A DNA stretch of 49,266 nucleotides, from contig UYFQ01000043.1 of NCBI GenBank assembly GCA_900617105.1, positions 1-49,266 on the forward strand, in the 5' to 3' direction. Positions 1 to 11,002 of this stretch are shown here, piece by piece (position 1 is the first letter of the stretch; every line of letters begins with the position of its first letter). The notes beneath the pieces are model-generated. The model made no database searches. It saw nothing but the letters and a program-made list of their open reading frames with translations, and was not told the DNA's origin. Both the position numbers and the translations under genes were made by a program. This stretch comes from Hydrurus foetidus (Eukaryota).

Positions 1-2
1 CC

Positions 3-1181
3 GGCAAGCCTGAGCATGTCGTCAACTACTTCTTTTTCATAGCAGAAGAAGTCCGCCAGATAATGGCCCAGTTGGGTATTCGCAAGTTTGACGACCTGAT
101 TGGCCGCGCTGACCTGCTCGACACCAAAAAGGGCATCGAACATTGGAAAGCCCAGGGCTTGGACTTCGCCCGCCTGTTTGCTGTGCCTAACGTGCCTGCG
201 GACATGCCCCGTTACCACGTGGCCAACCAAGAGCACGGCCTGGAGAAATCACTGGACAACGTGCTGATCGAGAAATCGCAGCCGGCCATTCTGCGCGGCG
301 AAAAAGTCAAGTTCATGGAAGTGGCCCGCAACGTGAACCGCTCGCTCGGTGCGATGCTGTCCGGCGCGGTGACCAAGGCGCATCCCCAGGGCTTGCCCGA
401 CGACACCATCCGCATCCAGCTCGAAGGCACGGGCGGCCAAAGCTTTGGCGCATTTCTCGCCAAGGGCATCACGCTGTACCTGATTGGCGACGCGAACGAC
501 TACACCGGCAAGGGCTTGTCGGGTGGCCGCATCATCGTGCGCCCCAGCATCGACTTCAGAGGTGAAGCCGTGCGCAACACCATCGTCGGCAACACCGTGA
601 TGTACGGCGCGACCAGCGGTGAGTCTTACCTGAGCGGTGTGGCCGGTGAACGCTTTGCCGTGCGCTTGTCCGGCGCGACCACCGTCGTCGAAGGCACCGG
701 CGACCACGGTTGCGAGTACATGACCGGCGGCACCGTGGTGGTGCTGGGCAAAACCGGCCGCAACTTCGCGGCGGGTATGAGTGGTGGTGTCGCTTTCGTT
801 TATGACGAAGACGGCAAGTTTGCCACCCGCTGCAACACCAGCATGGTCGCGTTGGACAAAGTGCTCACAAGTTCGGAGCAAACAAGCACCGTGGATGCTG
901 CGCTGTGGCACCAGGGAATGACCGACGAAGCCAACCTGCGCCGTCTGCTGGAAGAGCACAACCGCTGGACAGGCAGCAAGCGCGCCCGCGAGTTGCTCGA
1001 CAACTGGGACGTCTCCCGTGCCAAGTTCATCAAGGTTTTCCCGGTGGACTACAAACGCGCCTTGGGCGAAATGGCAGCCCAGAAGGCCGCCAAAGCGGCA
1101 ATTCACGCGGCAAAACCAGCCGCAGCTCAATTAAATAAAGCGACAGCAGCTACTAAAAACGTAGCAGTTCCTGCGAAGTAA
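3..1181 (+). CDS. gltB: Glutamate synthase large subunit, C-terminal part (5' end outside window)
   Basis: GXGXG beta-helix motifs ([33 protein letters not shown]); directly upstream of gltD. Confidence 0.97.
   Translation, partial: GKPEHVVNYFFFIAEEVRQIMAQLGIRKFDDLIGRADLLDTKKGIEHWKAQGLDFARLFAVPNVPADMPRYHVANQEHGLEKSLDNVLIEKSQPAILRGEKVKFMEVARNVNRSLGAMLSGAVTKAHPQGLPDDTIRIQLEGTGGQSFGAFLAKGITLYLIGDANDYTGKGLSGGRIIVRPSIDFRGEAVRNTIVGNTVMYGATSGESYLSGVAGERFAVRLSGATTVVEGTGDHGCEYMTGGTVVVLGKTGRNFAAGMSGGVAFVYDEDGKFATRCNTSMVALDKVLTSSEQTSTVDAALWHQGMTDEANLRRLLEEHNRWTGSKRARELLDNWDVSRAKFIKVFPVDYKRALGEMAAQKAAKAAIHAAKPAAAQLNKATAATKNVAVPAK
1114..1165 (-). repeat. Bipartite palindromic motif copy inside the gltB 3' end
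   Basis: GCTAC-N7-GTAGC at 1149-1165, AT-rich patch. Confidence 0.6.
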
Positions 1182-1215
1182 GCCGCAGCAACCCCACACA
1201 TTCAAGGACAAGACC

Positions 1216-2691
1216 ATGGGAAAAATGACCGGCTTCATGGAATACGAGCGCATCGAAGAGGGCTACAAGCCCGTCCCCGAGCGCCTGAAGCACTACAAAG
1301 AATTCGTCGTCGGTTTGGACGACGCACAGGCCAAAATCCAGGGCGCACGCTGCATGGACTGCGGCACGCCGTTCTGCAACAGCGGCTGCCCAGTGAACAA
1401 CGTGATTCCTGACTTCAACGACTTGGTTTACAAAGGCAAGCCTGCGGACTGGAAGAACGCCATCGCCCTGCTGCACAGCACCAACAACTTCCCCGAGTTC
1501 ACGGGCCGTATCTGCCCCGCACCCTGCGAAGCGGCCTGCACGCTGAACGTGAATGACGATGCGGTGGGCATCAAGTCCATCGAACACGCCATCATCGACC
1601 GCGCTTGGTCTGAAGGCTGGGTCACGCCCCGTCCTGCCAAGCACAAGACTGGCAAAAAAGTCGCCATCGTCGGCTCAGGCCCTGCGGGTATGGCCGCTGC
1701 CCAGCAGCTGGCCCGTGTCGGTCATGACGTGACGCTGTTCGAGAAGAACGACCGTGTGGGTGGTCTGCTGCGCTACGGCATTCCCGATTTCAAAATGGAA
1801 AAGAGCCACATCGACCGCCGCGTCGAACAGCTCGTCGCCGAAGGTGTCACCATCCGCACCAGCGTGCTGATTGGCGCGATGCCCAAGGGCTCCAAAGTCA
1901 CCAACTGGGCCAAAGAAACCATCAGCGCTGAGCAGTTGAAAGCCGACTTCGATGCCGTGCTGCTGACCGGCGGCTCCGAGCAGTCCCGTGATTTGCCCGT
2001 CCCTGGGCGCGATCTGGACGGTATCCATTTCGCGATGGAAATGCTGCCCCAGCAAAACAAGGTCAACGCCGGTGACAAGGTGAAGGGCCAACTGCGTGCT
2101 GACGGCAAACACGTCATCGTCATTGGTGGTGGCGACACCGGCAGCGACTGCGTAGGCACCAGCAACCGGCACGGCGCAGCCAGCGTCACCCAGTTCGAGG
2201 TGATGCCTCAGCCGCCCGAGGAAGAAAACCGCCCTATGACATGGCCCTACTGGCCTATCAAACTGCGCACCAGCTCCAGCCACGACGAAGGCTGCACCCG
2301 CGAATTCGCCATTTCCACCAAAGAATTCATCGGTGAAAAAGGCAAGATCACAGGCCTGAAAACAGTACGCATCGAACTCAAAGACGGCAAGATGGTTGAG
2401 ATTGCAGGTTCAGAGCAAATTCTCAAAGCCGATTTGGTGCTGCTGGCGATGGGCTTCGTGAACCCCGTGGCGACCGTGCTGGATGCTTTCGGTGTGGACA
2501 AAGATGCCCGCCAAAACGCCAAAGCCACTACCGATTTCACGGGTGGCTACGCGACCAACGTGGCCAAGGTGTTTGCGGCGGGCGACATGCGTCGCGGCCA
2601 AAGCTTGGTGGTCTGGGCCATCCGCGAAGGCCGTCAGGCCGCGCGGTCAGTGGACGAGTTTTTGATGGGGTTCAGCGACTTGCCGCGTTGA
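1216..2691 (+). CDS. gltD: Glutamate synthase small subunit
   Basis: [10 protein letters not shown] and [12 protein letters not shown]e-S motifs, GSGPAG and GGGDTG dinucleotide-binding motifs; AGGA SD. Confidence 0.98.
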   Translation: MGKMTGFMEYERIEEGYKPVPERLKHYKEFVVGLDDAQAKIQGARCMDCGTPFCNSGCPVNNVIPDFNDLVYKGKPADWKNAIALLHSTNNFPEFTGRICPAPCEAACTLNVNDDAVGIKSIEHAIIDRAWSEGWVTPRPAKHKTGKKVAIVGSGPAGMAAAQQLARVGHDVTLFEKNDRVGGLLRYGIPDFKMEKSHIDRRVEQLVAEGVTIRTSVLIGAMPKGSKVTNWAKETISAEQLKADFDAVLLTGGSEQSRDLPVPGRDLDGIHFAMEMLPQQNKVNAGDKVKGQLRADGKHVIVIGGGDTGSDCVGTSNRHGAASVTQFEVMPQPPEEENRPMTWPYWPIKLRTSSSHDEGCTREFAISTKEFIGEKGKITGLKTVRIELKDGKMVEIAGSEQILKADLVLLAMGFVNPVATVLDAFGVDKDARQNAKATTDFTGGYATNVAKVFAAGDMRRGQSLVVWAIREGRQAARSVDEFLMGFSDLPR

Positions 2692-2844
2692 GAGAGAAGA
2701 GGCGGGGGTTGTTTGCCTTTACCGGCTACGGCGACTCGCGCCCTGATTTTGGCTTGACGTGCATACGATTTGCCCTTAGCTCTCGCTAGGGTTTGTGCTT
2801 GTGGCAACATCCTCTTTCTAAGACTGGCAAGGGGCAATATTTTT

Positions 2845-4740
2845 ATGCACGAACTACTTGCACTCCAAATCAGAAAATACTTGGTTTCTGAAGGATCACT
2901 GACACCAGAACTTCGCGCCTTACTCACTGATGTGGATAAGCATTACGAAGAAACCGAGAAGAACCGCAGAAAGCTTGAGTTTTCTTTGAGTTTTCAAAAA
3001 AAGGAACTTGCCGAGGCGATGCTTCAGGCAAGCCGCGACCACGCCCTGCTGCGGGGTGTCATGGACATCATTCCCGATGTGCTGTTTTTTAAGTCATCAG
3101 ATGGTTCGTACCTGGGCTTTAATAAAGTTTATGAAAAGGTGCTTAATCGACCTGCGTCGCAGTTGCTGGGAAAGACGGATTTTGATGTTTTGGATCAAAC
3201 CGTTGCCCAAGATGTGTTCGCGCTCGATCAATCTGTCATGGACTCAGGGACGGATCGCGTTATCGAGCGCTGGTTTCACCGAGGAGATGAAAAAAATCAG
3301 GTTTGCCTAGAAATTGTTCATACCCCTTTCTGTGGTTCAGACGGGCAGGTTGTTGGATTGATTGGGTACGGGCGCAACATCACGCCACACAAACTGGCTG
3401 AAGAAAAGCTGCTTCAGCAAGCCAACTTTGACAGTTTGACGGGTTTGGCTAACCGAAGCAGCTTTATTCAGCGCCTCCACCATGAAATGCGCGTTGCTAA
3501 ACGATCCGGTATGGCTGTGGCGTTGCTGCTGGTTAACTTAGACAGGTTCAAGCAAGTCAACGACCTGCAAGGGCGTGAGCTTGGCGACATGCTGCTGACG
3601 CAAGCGGGGGCGCGTATCAGCGGGTTGGTACGTGAAACAGACTCTGTGGCACGCCTGAGTGCCGATGAGTTCTCTGTGCTTTTGCCTGCTATCGAGAAAC
3701 TTGACCATATCGGCAATGTGGCGCAAAAGCTGCTCTCTCAGCTGGCTGAACCCTTTGTGCTGGGCCAGGAGTCATTTCAAATAACAGCGAGCATTGGTGT
3801 TGCGCTTTACCCGGTTGATGGCCATGATCCGGAAACTTTGCTTAAAAATGCTGAGCAGGCCATGTATTACGCCAAAACCAGTGGACGCAACCGCTACTGT
3901 CATTTCACGCCTGCTTTGCATGAAGCCACCAACCGTCGACGCCAGTTGCTGCGTGATTTGCCGCACGTCATTGATGCAGGCCAACTTTATGTTTGTTATC
4001 AGCCGATCGTTAACCTGGTAACCGGACAAATTCACAAGGCTGAGGCTTTGGTACGGTGGCGTCATCCCGAGCTCGGCAACATCAGCCCAGCCGATTTCAT
4101 TCCTCTTGCCGAGGAGACGGGTGCCATCATGGCAATCGGCAATTACGTTTTTCAAGAGGCCGCTTTGCTCACGCAGCAAATGCGTGCTGCGGGGTACAAC
4201 CAGTTTCAAATCAGCGTCAACATGTCGCCAGCACAGTTTCGGGACAATGCTGATCTGATTAACCAATGGATGTCTTTCCTGACCAGCCTGGAGTTGTCCG
4301 CTGATGCGGTGGCGATCGAAATCACAGAAGGCATGCTGATGCAGGTCAAAGAGTCCACCAAACTGCGTCTTGACGAAATGCGCAACTTTGGCATCAAAAT
4401 TTCGCTGGATGACTTTGGCACTGGGTATTCGTCGCTGTCTTACCTCAAGACACTGGACATTGATTACCTCAAGATCGACCAGTCCTTTGTCAGAGACCTG
4501 GAGATCGATCCCGACGACCGAGCCTTGTGTGAGGCCATGATTGTGATGGCGCACAAATTAGGCCTGAAGGTCATTGCTGAAGGCATTGAAACACCGGGGC
4601 AACTGGAACTTCTGGTTAATTCAGGTTGTGATTATGGACAAGGCTACCTGTTTGCAAAGCCTGCTCCTGTCGTGGAGTTCACTGACTTCATGGTGCACAC
4701 GACTGGAACGGTTCAAAGCTATTTGGGGCACGTCGTATAA
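2845..4740 (+). CDS. PAS-GGDEF-EAL protein; degenerate GGDEF (SADEF) and intact EAL, so a probable c-di-GMP phosphodiesterase
   Basis: PAS (LLGKTDFD), DSLTGLANR, RLSADEF, AEALVR, DDFGTGYSS, KIDQSF, AEGIE, QGY; ATG 2845 chosen over the ORF-track TTG at 2770. Confidence 0.93.
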   Translation: MHELLALQIRKYLVSEGSLTPELRALLTDVDKHYEETEKNRRKLEFSLSFQKKELAEAMLQASRDHALLRGVMDIIPDVLFFKSSDGSYLGFNKVYEKVLNRPASQLLGKTDFDVLDQTVAQDVFALDQSVMDSGTDRVIERWFHRGDEKNQVCLEIVHTPFCGSDGQVVGLIGYGRNITPHKLAEEKLLQQANFDSLTGLANRSSFIQRLHHEMRVAKRSGMAVALLLVNLDRFKQVNDLQGRELGDMLLTQAGARISGLVRETDSVARLSADEFSVLLPAIEKLDHIGNVAQKLLSQLAEPFVLGQESFQITASIGVALYPVDGHDPETLLKNAEQAMYYAKTSGRNRYCHFTPALHEATNRRRQLLRDLPHVIDAGQLYVCYQPIVNLVTGQIHKAEALVRWRHPELGNISPADFIPLAEETGAIMAIGNYVFQEAALLTQQMRAAGYNQFQISVNMSPAQFRDNADLINQWMSFLTSLELSADAVAIEITEGMLMQVKESTKLRLDEMRNFGIKISLDDFGTGYSSLSYLKTLDIDYLKIDQSFVRDLEIDPDDRALCEAMIVMAHKLGLKVIAEGIETPGQLELLVNSGCDYGQGYLFAKPAPVVEFTDFMVHTTGTVQSYLGHVV

Positions 4741-4841
4741 GACTGTGCAATGCAGCCCTTGTGCAATAAATCTTTACTGCGATAAAACGACAGTCCACCC
4801 AGTCCTTTCCTTTGGACCCTGGGATAATCCCTTATCATGCA

Positions 4842-4875
4842 AAAAGCCGGACACCCTCCGGCTTTTGTTTGTTTT
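4842..4875 (+). terminator. Intrinsic terminator-like hairpin immediately before the mlaF start
   Basis: AAAAGCCGGA-CACCC-TCCGGCTTTT perfect stem followed by GTTTGTTTT. Confidence 0.65.
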
Positions 4876-5736
4876 ATGACTGATACACCTACCTCATCCC
4901 CGCTGATTGAACTCAAAAACCTCAGTTTTGGCTATGGTTCGCGCCTGATCCTTGATGGTGTAACACTGACCATCCCTCGCGGCAAAGTCACGGCTTTGAT
5001 GGGCGCATCAGGCGGTGGCAAAACTACGGTACTGCGCTTGATCGGTGGCCAATACCGTGCACAAAAAGGCGAGCTGTTGTTGCACGGCGCTGTTGATCCG
5101 CTGACAGGCCAGCCCGCACCCACCCAAAATGTTGCCCAGCTCAATGCCAAAGCCCTCTACGCCGCTCGCCGCCGTATGGGGATGTTGTTCCAGTTCGGCG
5201 CGTTGTTCACCGATTTGAGCGTGTTTGACAACGTGGCTTTTCCGCTGCGTGAGCATTCCGATTTATCCGAAGCGCTGATCCGCGACATCGTCCTGATGAA
5301 GCTCAATGCCGTGGGTCTGCGTGGTGCACGCGATTTGATGCCGAGCGAAATCTCCGGTGGCATGGCCCGCCGTGTTGCGCTGGCACGCTCCATTGCCCTT
5401 GACCCTGAGCTGGTGATGTACGACGAGCCGTTTGCAGGGCTTGACCCGATTTCTTTGGGCACCGCCGCCCGCTTGATTCGCCAGTTGAACGACGCGATGG
5501 GCCTCACCAGCATCATCGTTTCGCACGATTTGGAGGAAACCTTCCGCATTGCCGATCAAGTGATTGTGCTGGCCAACGGCAAAATCGCAGCCCAAGGCAC
5601 GCCGGAATCGGTACGCAACAGCACCGATCCGCTGGTTCATCAGTTCGTCAACGCTTTGCCTGAAGGCCCGGTGCGCTTTCATTACCCCGGCCCCACGGTG
5701 GCGCAAGATTTTGGTTCTGACAAGGCGGCATCATGA
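4876..5736 (+). CDS. mlaF: Mla phospholipid ABC transporter ATP-binding subunit
   Basis: Walker [17 protein letters not shown] signature, [10 protein letters not shown]; first gene of the mla cluster. Confidence 0.95.
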   Translation: MTDTPTSSPLIELKNLSFGYGSRLILDGVTLTIPRGKVTALMGASGGGKTTVLRLIGGQYRAQKGELLLHGAVDPLTGQPAPTQNVAQLNAKALYAARRRMGMLFQFGALFTDLSVFDNVAFPLREHSDLSEALIRDIVLMKLNAVGLRGARDLMPSEISGGMARRVALARSIALDPELVMYDEPFAGLDPISLGTAARLIRQLNDAMGLTSIIVSHDLEETFRIADQVIVLANGKIAAQGTPESVRNSTDPLVHQFVNALPEGPVRFHYPGPTVAQDFGSDKAAS

Positions 5737-6515
5737 AGCCTTTCTTCCTTTCTAACATCGGTTTTGCCGTGCGCAGTCAATTGGTTGCGCTGGGGGCTGG
5801 TGCTCGCTTGCTGGGCCGCTTGCTCATGCTGCTGGGGCCTACGCTGCGCCGCTTTGGTCTGTTGCGTGACCAAATTCACTTTTTGGGCAACTACTCGCTG
5901 GCCATCATCACGGTATCGGGCTTGTTTGTAGGCTTTGTGCTCAGCTTGCAGGGCTACTACACCTTGCAGCGTTACGGCTCCTCAGAGGCTTTGGGCTTGC
6001 TGGTGGCGTTGAGTTTGGTGCGCGAACTAGGGCCGGTTGTCACGGCGCTGCTGTTTGCGGGCCGTGCGGGCACCTCGCTGACCGCTGAAATCGGTTTGAT
6101 GAAGGCTGGTGAGCAGCTCAGCGCGATGGAAATGATGGCCGTTGACCCCGTGCGCCGTATTTTGGCCCCACGCTTTTGGGCCGGTGTGTTTGCCATGCCG
6201 ATGCTGGCAGCGGTGTTCAGCGCCGTGGGCATTTTGGGCGGCTGGGCTGTCGGAGTGCTGTTGATTGGCATTGACCCTGGTGCTTTCTGGAGCCAGATGC
6301 AGGGCGGTGTGGACGTGTGGAAAGACGTGGGCAACGGTGTCGTCAAAAGCATGGTTTTCGGACTGACGGTAACTTTCGTCGCCCTCTACCAGGGTTTTGA
6401 GGCGCAACCCACCCCGGAAGGGGTGTCACGGGCGACCACGCGCACGGTCGTCGTCGCGTCGCTGTCGGTATTGGCTTTGGACTTCATGCTGACGGCATTG
6501 ATGTTCAGTATCTAA
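5733..6515 (+). CDS. mlaE: Mla ABC transporter permease
   Basis: [17 protein letters not shown] and [13 protein letters not shown] motifs; ATGA overlap with mlaF. Confidence 0.96.
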   Translation: MKPFFLSNIGFAVRSQLVALGAGARLLGRLLMLLGPTLRRFGLLRDQIHFLGNYSLAIITVSGLFVGFVLSLQGYYTLQRYGSSEALGLLVALSLVRELGPVVTALLFAGRAGTSLTAEIGLMKAGEQLSAMEMMAVDPVRRILAPRFWAGVFAMPMLAAVFSAVGILGGWAVGVLLIGIDPGAFWSQMQGGVDVWKDVGNGVVKSMVFGLTVTFVALYQGFEAQPTPEGVSRATTRTVVVASLSVLALDFMLTALMFSI

Positions 6516-6539
6516 AAATAAGCAAAAGGAATTCACGTA

Positions 6540-7061
6540 ATGGAACGCTCGAAAAATGATGTGTGGGTAGGTCTTTTCGTCGTCATCGGCGCGGCAGCCC
6601 TGCTGTTTTTGGCGCTCAAATCCGCCAATCTGCTGAGCTTGAATTTCGATTCAACCTACGCGGTCAGCGCTAAATTTGACAACATCGGCGGTCTGAAATC
6701 CAAAGCGGCCATCAAAAGCGCTGGAGTGGTGGTGGGCCGTGTCGATTCCATCGTGTTTGACGACAAAACCTTCCAGGCCCGCGTCAACATGGCGATGGAG
6801 TCGCGCTACGTGTTCCCCAAAGACAGTTCGCTGAAAATCTTGACCAGCGGCCTGCTGGGCGAGCAGTACATCGGTATCGAAGCCGGTGCTGATGTACAGA
6901 ATTTGGCTGCGGGTGACAAAATCCAAAGCACGCAATCGGCCGTGGTACTGGAAAACCTTATCAGTCAGTTTCTCTTCAACAAGGCCGCTGATGGGCCGGA
7001 CAAAGCAGGTACTGCTGCGCCAGCACCCGTACCCAGCGTTCCTGCATCTTCTGTGAAATAA
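6540..7061 (+). CDS. mlaD: MCE-domain lipid asymmetry maintenance protein
   Basis: N-terminal TM helix, FDNIGGLK...GVVVGRV, TSGLLGEQYI. Confidence 0.96.
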   Translation: MERSKNDVWVGLFVVIGAAALLFLALKSANLLSLNFDSTYAVSAKFDNIGGLKSKAAIKSAGVVVGRVDSIVFDDKTFQARVNMAMESRYVFPKDSSLKILTSGLLGEQYIGIEAGADVQNLAAGDKIQSTQSAVVLENLISQFLFNKAADGPDKAGTAAPAPVPSVPASSVK

Positions 7062-7069
7062 AGGTTTTT

Positions 7070-7840
7070 ATGCTTACGCTTCCCCTGTCCCGTTTGGCTT
7101 TGCCATTGGGTATTCGGCATCTGGGCCTGATGGTCATCTGTTTCCTGATGGCTGTGCTGACCGGTTGCGCCAGCGGCCCCCGCAGCGATCCGCGTGATCC
7201 GTGGGAGCCGTTCAACCGCAGCATGTGGAAGTTCAATGAAGGTGTGGACAAAGCGGTGCTGCGTCCCGTCGCTGAGACGTACAAAGACATCACGCCCAAT
7301 GTGGTTCGCAAAGGGGTGAACAACTTTTTCTCCAACCTCACTGACCTCTGGTCGTTTGTGAACAACTCGCTGCAACTCAAGCCCCGCGAAGCGATGGAAA
7401 GCTTGACGCGCTTTAACCTGAACACCTTCTTTGGCTTGGGCGGCTTGCTGGACATCGCCTCAGAAGCGGGCATAGAGCGTCACCGTGAAGATTTTGGCCA
7501 AACGCTGGGTCGCTGGGGCGTGCCTTCAGGCCCGTATCTCGTTGTGCCTTTGCTCGGCCCTTCAACACTGCGCGACACTGCTGCACGGGCGATCAACGCT
7601 ACGGGCGATCCGGTGCTCTATGTCAACAATATCGTTGAGCGCAACAGCCTCTACGTGTTGCGTATTGTTGACTTGCGTGCCAGTTTGCTGCGTGCAGGTA
7701 ATGTGCTGGAAGAAGCCGCTTTAGACCGCTACACCTTCACCCGCGACGTGTTTTTGCAAATACGCCGCCGCGAGGTGTTGGGTGATAAAGCGGATGACGT
7801 GCTCGAAGATACCCCTCCACCTGCGAACGATGTGAAATAA
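7070..7840 (+). CDS. mlaA: VacJ/MlaA outer-membrane lipoprotein
   Basis: Lipobox LTGC, DPWEPFNR, EDFGQTLG, GPYLVVPLLGPSTLRD; exact start uncertain. Confidence 0.94.
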   Translation: MLTLPLSRLALPLGIRHLGLMVICFLMAVLTGCASGPRSDPRDPWEPFNRSMWKFNEGVDKAVLRPVAETYKDITPNVVRKGVNNFFSNLTDLWSFVNNSLQLKPREAMESLTRFNLNTFFGLGGLLDIASEAGIERHREDFGQTLGRWGVPSGPYLVVPLLGPSTLRDTAARAINATGDPVLYVNNIVERNSLYVLRIVDLRASLLRAGNVLEEAALDRYTFTRDVFLQIRRREVLGDKADDVLEDTPPPANDVK

Positions 7841-7925
7841 AGTAAAGGCGTTGTACCCCGTCAAAATGGCGGTACACGCAAACCCCGTCCCATACGTTTT
7901 AGAGTCACGCAGATACTGCGAAGGA

Positions 7926-8585
7926 ATGAACATGATGAATCGCCGCACTTTGGCCCTCACCTTGAGCCGTTTTGCCTACAGCGCTGTGGCAGTTACCGTT
8001 TTGGCCGGTGCCGGTATGGGCATGGCCCATGCCGCCGATGAAAGCCCTGACGCGCTGATTACCCGCGTATCCACTGACGTGCTGGCCACTATCCGCGCCG
8101 ACAAAGCCATGTCAGGCGACATCAACAAGATCATCACGTTGGTGGACGGCAAGATCATGCCGAACGTGAATTTCGCCCGGATGACGGCTTCCGCTGTGGG
8201 CCCCACATGGCGCTCCACCACGCCTGAGCAGCAAAAACGCCTGCAAGAAGAGTTCAAAACCTTGCTGGTGCGCACTTACTCGGGTGCGCTGGCGCAGGTG
8301 AGCGACCAGACGATTTTTGTCAAACCCACCCGCATGGCGGCGGACGACAAAGAAGTCATTGTGCGTACCGAAGTGCGCGGTGGCAGTGACCCGATTCAGC
8401 TGGACTACCGCTTAGAAAAAGCCGCCGATGGCAGCTGGAAAATTTACAACCTGAACGTGCTGGGTGTGTGGTTGGTGGAAACCTACCGCAGCCAGTTTGC
8501 GCAGGAAATCAACGCCGGTGGTGCAGATGGCCTCATCAGCACGCTGGCGGCGCGCAACAAAGCTAACAGCGGTAAAAAGAGCTGA
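7926..8585 (+). CDS. mlaC: Periplasmic phospholipid-binding protein (MlaC/Ttg2D)
   Basis: Signal peptide ending AHA, LLVRTYSGAL, WKIYNLNVLGVWLVETYRSQF. Confidence 0.94.
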   Translation: MNMMNRRTLALTLSRFAYSAVAVTVLAGAGMGMAHAADESPDALITRVSTDVLATIRADKAMSGDINKIITLVDGKIMPNVNFARMTASAVGPTWRSTTPEQQKRLQEEFKTLLVRTYSGALAQVSDQTIFVKPTRMAADDKEVIVRTEVRGGSDPIQLDYRLEKAADGSWKIYNLNVLGVWLVETYRSQFAQEINAGGADGLISTLAARNKANSGKKS

Positions 8586-8590
8586 AAACC

Positions 8591-8878
8591 TTGAGCACAC
8601 TCTCAGCCATGCAAGCTCTGCCTGTTGCCCTGACCCTGAGCGAAGCAACCGCCTGCGCCGCCTTGCTGCGAGTGGTCGTGCAGCAAGAGGCAGGGCCGCA
8701 GGTGGTGGTGGATGCCAGCGCCTTGCTGCGGTTTGATTCTGCCGCCTTGGCGGTGCTACTGGACTGCCGCCGTGCCGCGCTGGCTGCCAGCAAAACCTTT
8801 GCCGTGCGCGGCATGGCACCGCGTTTGCATGAATTGGCTGTGCTGTACGGTGTTGAGGCTTTGCTGCCCGCACCCTGA
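8591..8878 (+). CDS. mlaB: STAS-domain subunit of the Mla system
   Basis: VDASALLRFDSAALAVLL STAS motif, LAVLYGV; position after mlaC; start uncertain. Confidence 0.88.
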   Translation: MSTLSAMQALPVALTLSEATACAALLRVVVQQEAGPQVVVDASALLRFDSAALAVLLDCRRAALAASKTFAVRGMAPRLHELAVLYGVEALLPAP

Positions 8879-8938
8879 TCCCTTCCCGTTCCGCCTTGGC
8901 AAGCGGTTGCGGGGCCGACGGCTAAAATACGCCGCTCT

Positions 8939-9865
8939 ATGCCAGCTATCTCCTTCCAGTCGGTCTCCAAAGACTATTCTTCCCCCGGTGGCCCTCCATC
9001 CAAAGCCCTTCGTGCCTTAGATGGTGTGAGCTTCGACGTCCAAGAGGGTGAGTTTTTTGGCCTCTTAGGGCCGAACGGCGCGGGTAAAACCACCCTCATC
9101 AGCGTGCTCGCGGGTCTCACCCGCGCTACCGGTGGTCGTGTGTTGGTGCAGGGCAGCGATGTCCAAACCGACTATGCAGCCGCCCGCCGCAAACTTGGCA
9201 TCGTGCCGCAAGAGCTGGTGTTCGACCCGTTCTTCAACGTGCGCGAAGCGCTGCGCATCCAATCTGGCTACTTTGGCGTCAAAAACAACGACGACTGGAT
9301 CGACGAGCTGCTCAGCAGCTTGGGCCTCACAGACAAAGCCAACGCCAACATGCGCCAACTCTCGGGCGGCATGAAGCGCCGCGTGCTGGTGGCGCAGGCG
9401 CTGGTTCACAAACCCCCCGTCATCGTGCTGGACGAACCTACCGCAGGTGTGGACGTGGAGCTGCGCCAAACCCTGTGGCAGTTCGTCGCCAAACTCAACC
9501 GCCAAGGTTCGACCGTGCTGCTGACCACCCATTACCTGGAAGAAGCCGAAGCCCTGTGCAGCCGCATCGCCATGCTCAAAACGGGCCGTGTGGTGGCGCT
9601 GGCCAGCACCAGCGAGCTGCTGAAGGGCGCTTCATCGAATATTCTGCGATTCAAAGTTGATAGCGAACTCCCCATAGCCCTTGCGCAGAAAGCCCGTATC
9701 ACAGGCCGGATTGTGCAATTCCCCGCCCAAAATGCCTTAGAGATCGAGCAGTACCTCGCCGCTGTGCGCGAAGCAGGTCTGGAAGCCCAAGATGTTGAAA
9801 TCCGCAAAGCCGACTTGGAAGATGTCTTCCTCGACGTGATGAACGCCGCTGGAGCACAGCCATGA
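8939..9865 (+). CDS. ABC transporter ATP-binding protein (YadG-like)
   Basis: GPNGAGKT, LSGGMKRR, LDEPTAGVD. Confidence 0.93.
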   Translation: MPAISFQSVSKDYSSPGGPPSKALRALDGVSFDVQEGEFFGLLGPNGAGKTTLISVLAGLTRATGGRVLVQGSDVQTDYAAARRKLGIVPQELVFDPFFNVREALRIQSGYFGVKNNDDWIDELLSSLGLTDKANANMRQLSGGMKRRVLVAQALVHKPPVIVLDEPTAGVDVELRQTLWQFVAKLNRQGSTVLLTTHYLEEAEALCSRIAMLKTGRVVALASTSELLKGASSNILRFKVDSELPIALAQKARITGRIVQFPAQNALEIEQYLAAVREAGLEAQDVEIRKADLEDVFLDVMNAAGAQP

Positions 9866-10632
9866 GCAACCCTCTTTTTCAGGGCGCGTCCACGCTGTTT
9901 TACAAAGAGGTGCTGCGCTTTTGGAAGGTCGCTTTCCAAACCGTCGCCGCGCCCGTGCTGACAGCCGTGCTCTACATGCTGATCTTCGGCCATGTGCTGT
10001 CTGACCGTGTGAAGGTCTACGACGCCGTGAGCTACACCGCCTTTTTGGTGCCCGGTTTGGTGATGATGAGCGTGCTGCAAAACGCCTTTGCCAACAGCAG
10101 CAGCTCCTTGATTCAAAGCAAGATCATGGGCAATTTGGTGTTTTTGCTGCTGACACCCCTGTCGCACTGGGCGTGGTTTGTGGCCTATGTCGGTTCGTCC
10201 ATCGTGCGCGGGCTGGTGGTGGGCGCAGGCGTGTTTGTGGTCACCTTTTGGTTCGGCAACCCTGGCTTTGCCGCACCGCTGTGGATCGTGACTTTCGCCG
10301 TGCTGGGGGCGGCGCTGATGGGGGCTTTGGGCTTGATCGCTGGCCTCTGGGCTGAAAAGTTTGACCAGCTGGCAGCCTTCCAAAACTTCGTCATCATGCC
10401 CATGACCTTCCTGAGCGGCGTGTTTTACTCCATCCATTCCCTGCCCGCATTTTGGCAAGGCGTGAGCCACCTGAACCCGTTCTTCTACATGATTGACGGC
10501 TTTCGCTACGGCTTTTTTGGCCAGAGCGATGTGTCGCCCTGGGCCAGCTTGGGCGTGGTCGGCGGTGCGCTGGCCTTCGTCAGCGTGCTGACCGTGCATC
10601 TGCTGAAGACGGGCTACAAGATTCGCCATTAA
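9862..10632 (+). CDS. ABC-2 type permease (YadH-like)
   Basis: Multiple TM segments, PMTFLSGVFY, NPFFYMIDGFRY; coupled to the upstream ATPase. Confidence 0.92.
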   Translation: MSNPLFQGASTLFYKEVLRFWKVAFQTVAAPVLTAVLYMLIFGHVLSDRVKVYDAVSYTAFLVPGLVMMSVLQNAFANSSSSLIQSKIMGNLVFLLLTPLSHWAWFVAYVGSSIVRGLVVGAGVFVVTFWFGNPGFAAPLWIVTFAVLGAALMGALGLIAGLWAEKFDQLAAFQNFVIMPMTFLSGVFYSIHSLPAFWQGVSHLNPFFYMIDGFRYGFFGQSDVSPWASLGVVGGALAFVSVLTVHLLKTGYKIRH

Positions 10633-10668
10633 TTCGTCACGCATTCGCTATCAAGTACCGTGTAAGGT

Positions 10669-10720
10669 GCTGTGATTTTGATAGCTTCTAACGCCGTAAT
10701 ACCTGCTGATACCCCCTATA
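10669..10720 (+). repeat. Bipartite palindromic motif copy, intergenic
   Basis: GCTGT-GATTTTG-ATAGC-N7-GCCGT. Confidence 0.6.
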
Positions 10721-10733
10721 TTCTTTTAAAAAT

Positions 10734-10994
10734 ATGACCGCCCAAGAACTCCAAGCCCTCATCAGCCAGGGTCTGCCCTGCGACCACCTGGACGTGAGTG
10801 GCGATGGTCGCCACTGGTACGCCACCATTGTCAGCGCCGACTTTGAAGGCAAGCGCCTGATTCAGCGCCACCAAAAAGTCTACGCCACGCTGGGCCAGCG
10901 CATGGCTACCGACGAGGTGCATGCCTTGTCGATGAAAACATTCACCCCTGCCGAATGGGCCGTTTGCCCCGACAACGCCTCTCCACAAGCCTGA
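10734..10994 (+). CDS. ibaG: BolA/IbaG family protein
   Basis: [27 protein letters not shown]; usual position upstream of murA. Confidence 0.9.
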   Translation: MTAQELQALISQGLPCDHLDVSGDGRHWYATIVSADFEGKRLIQRHQKVYATLGQRMATDEVHALSMKTFTPAEWAVCPDNASPQA

Positions 10995-11002
10995 GCCTGA
11001 CC

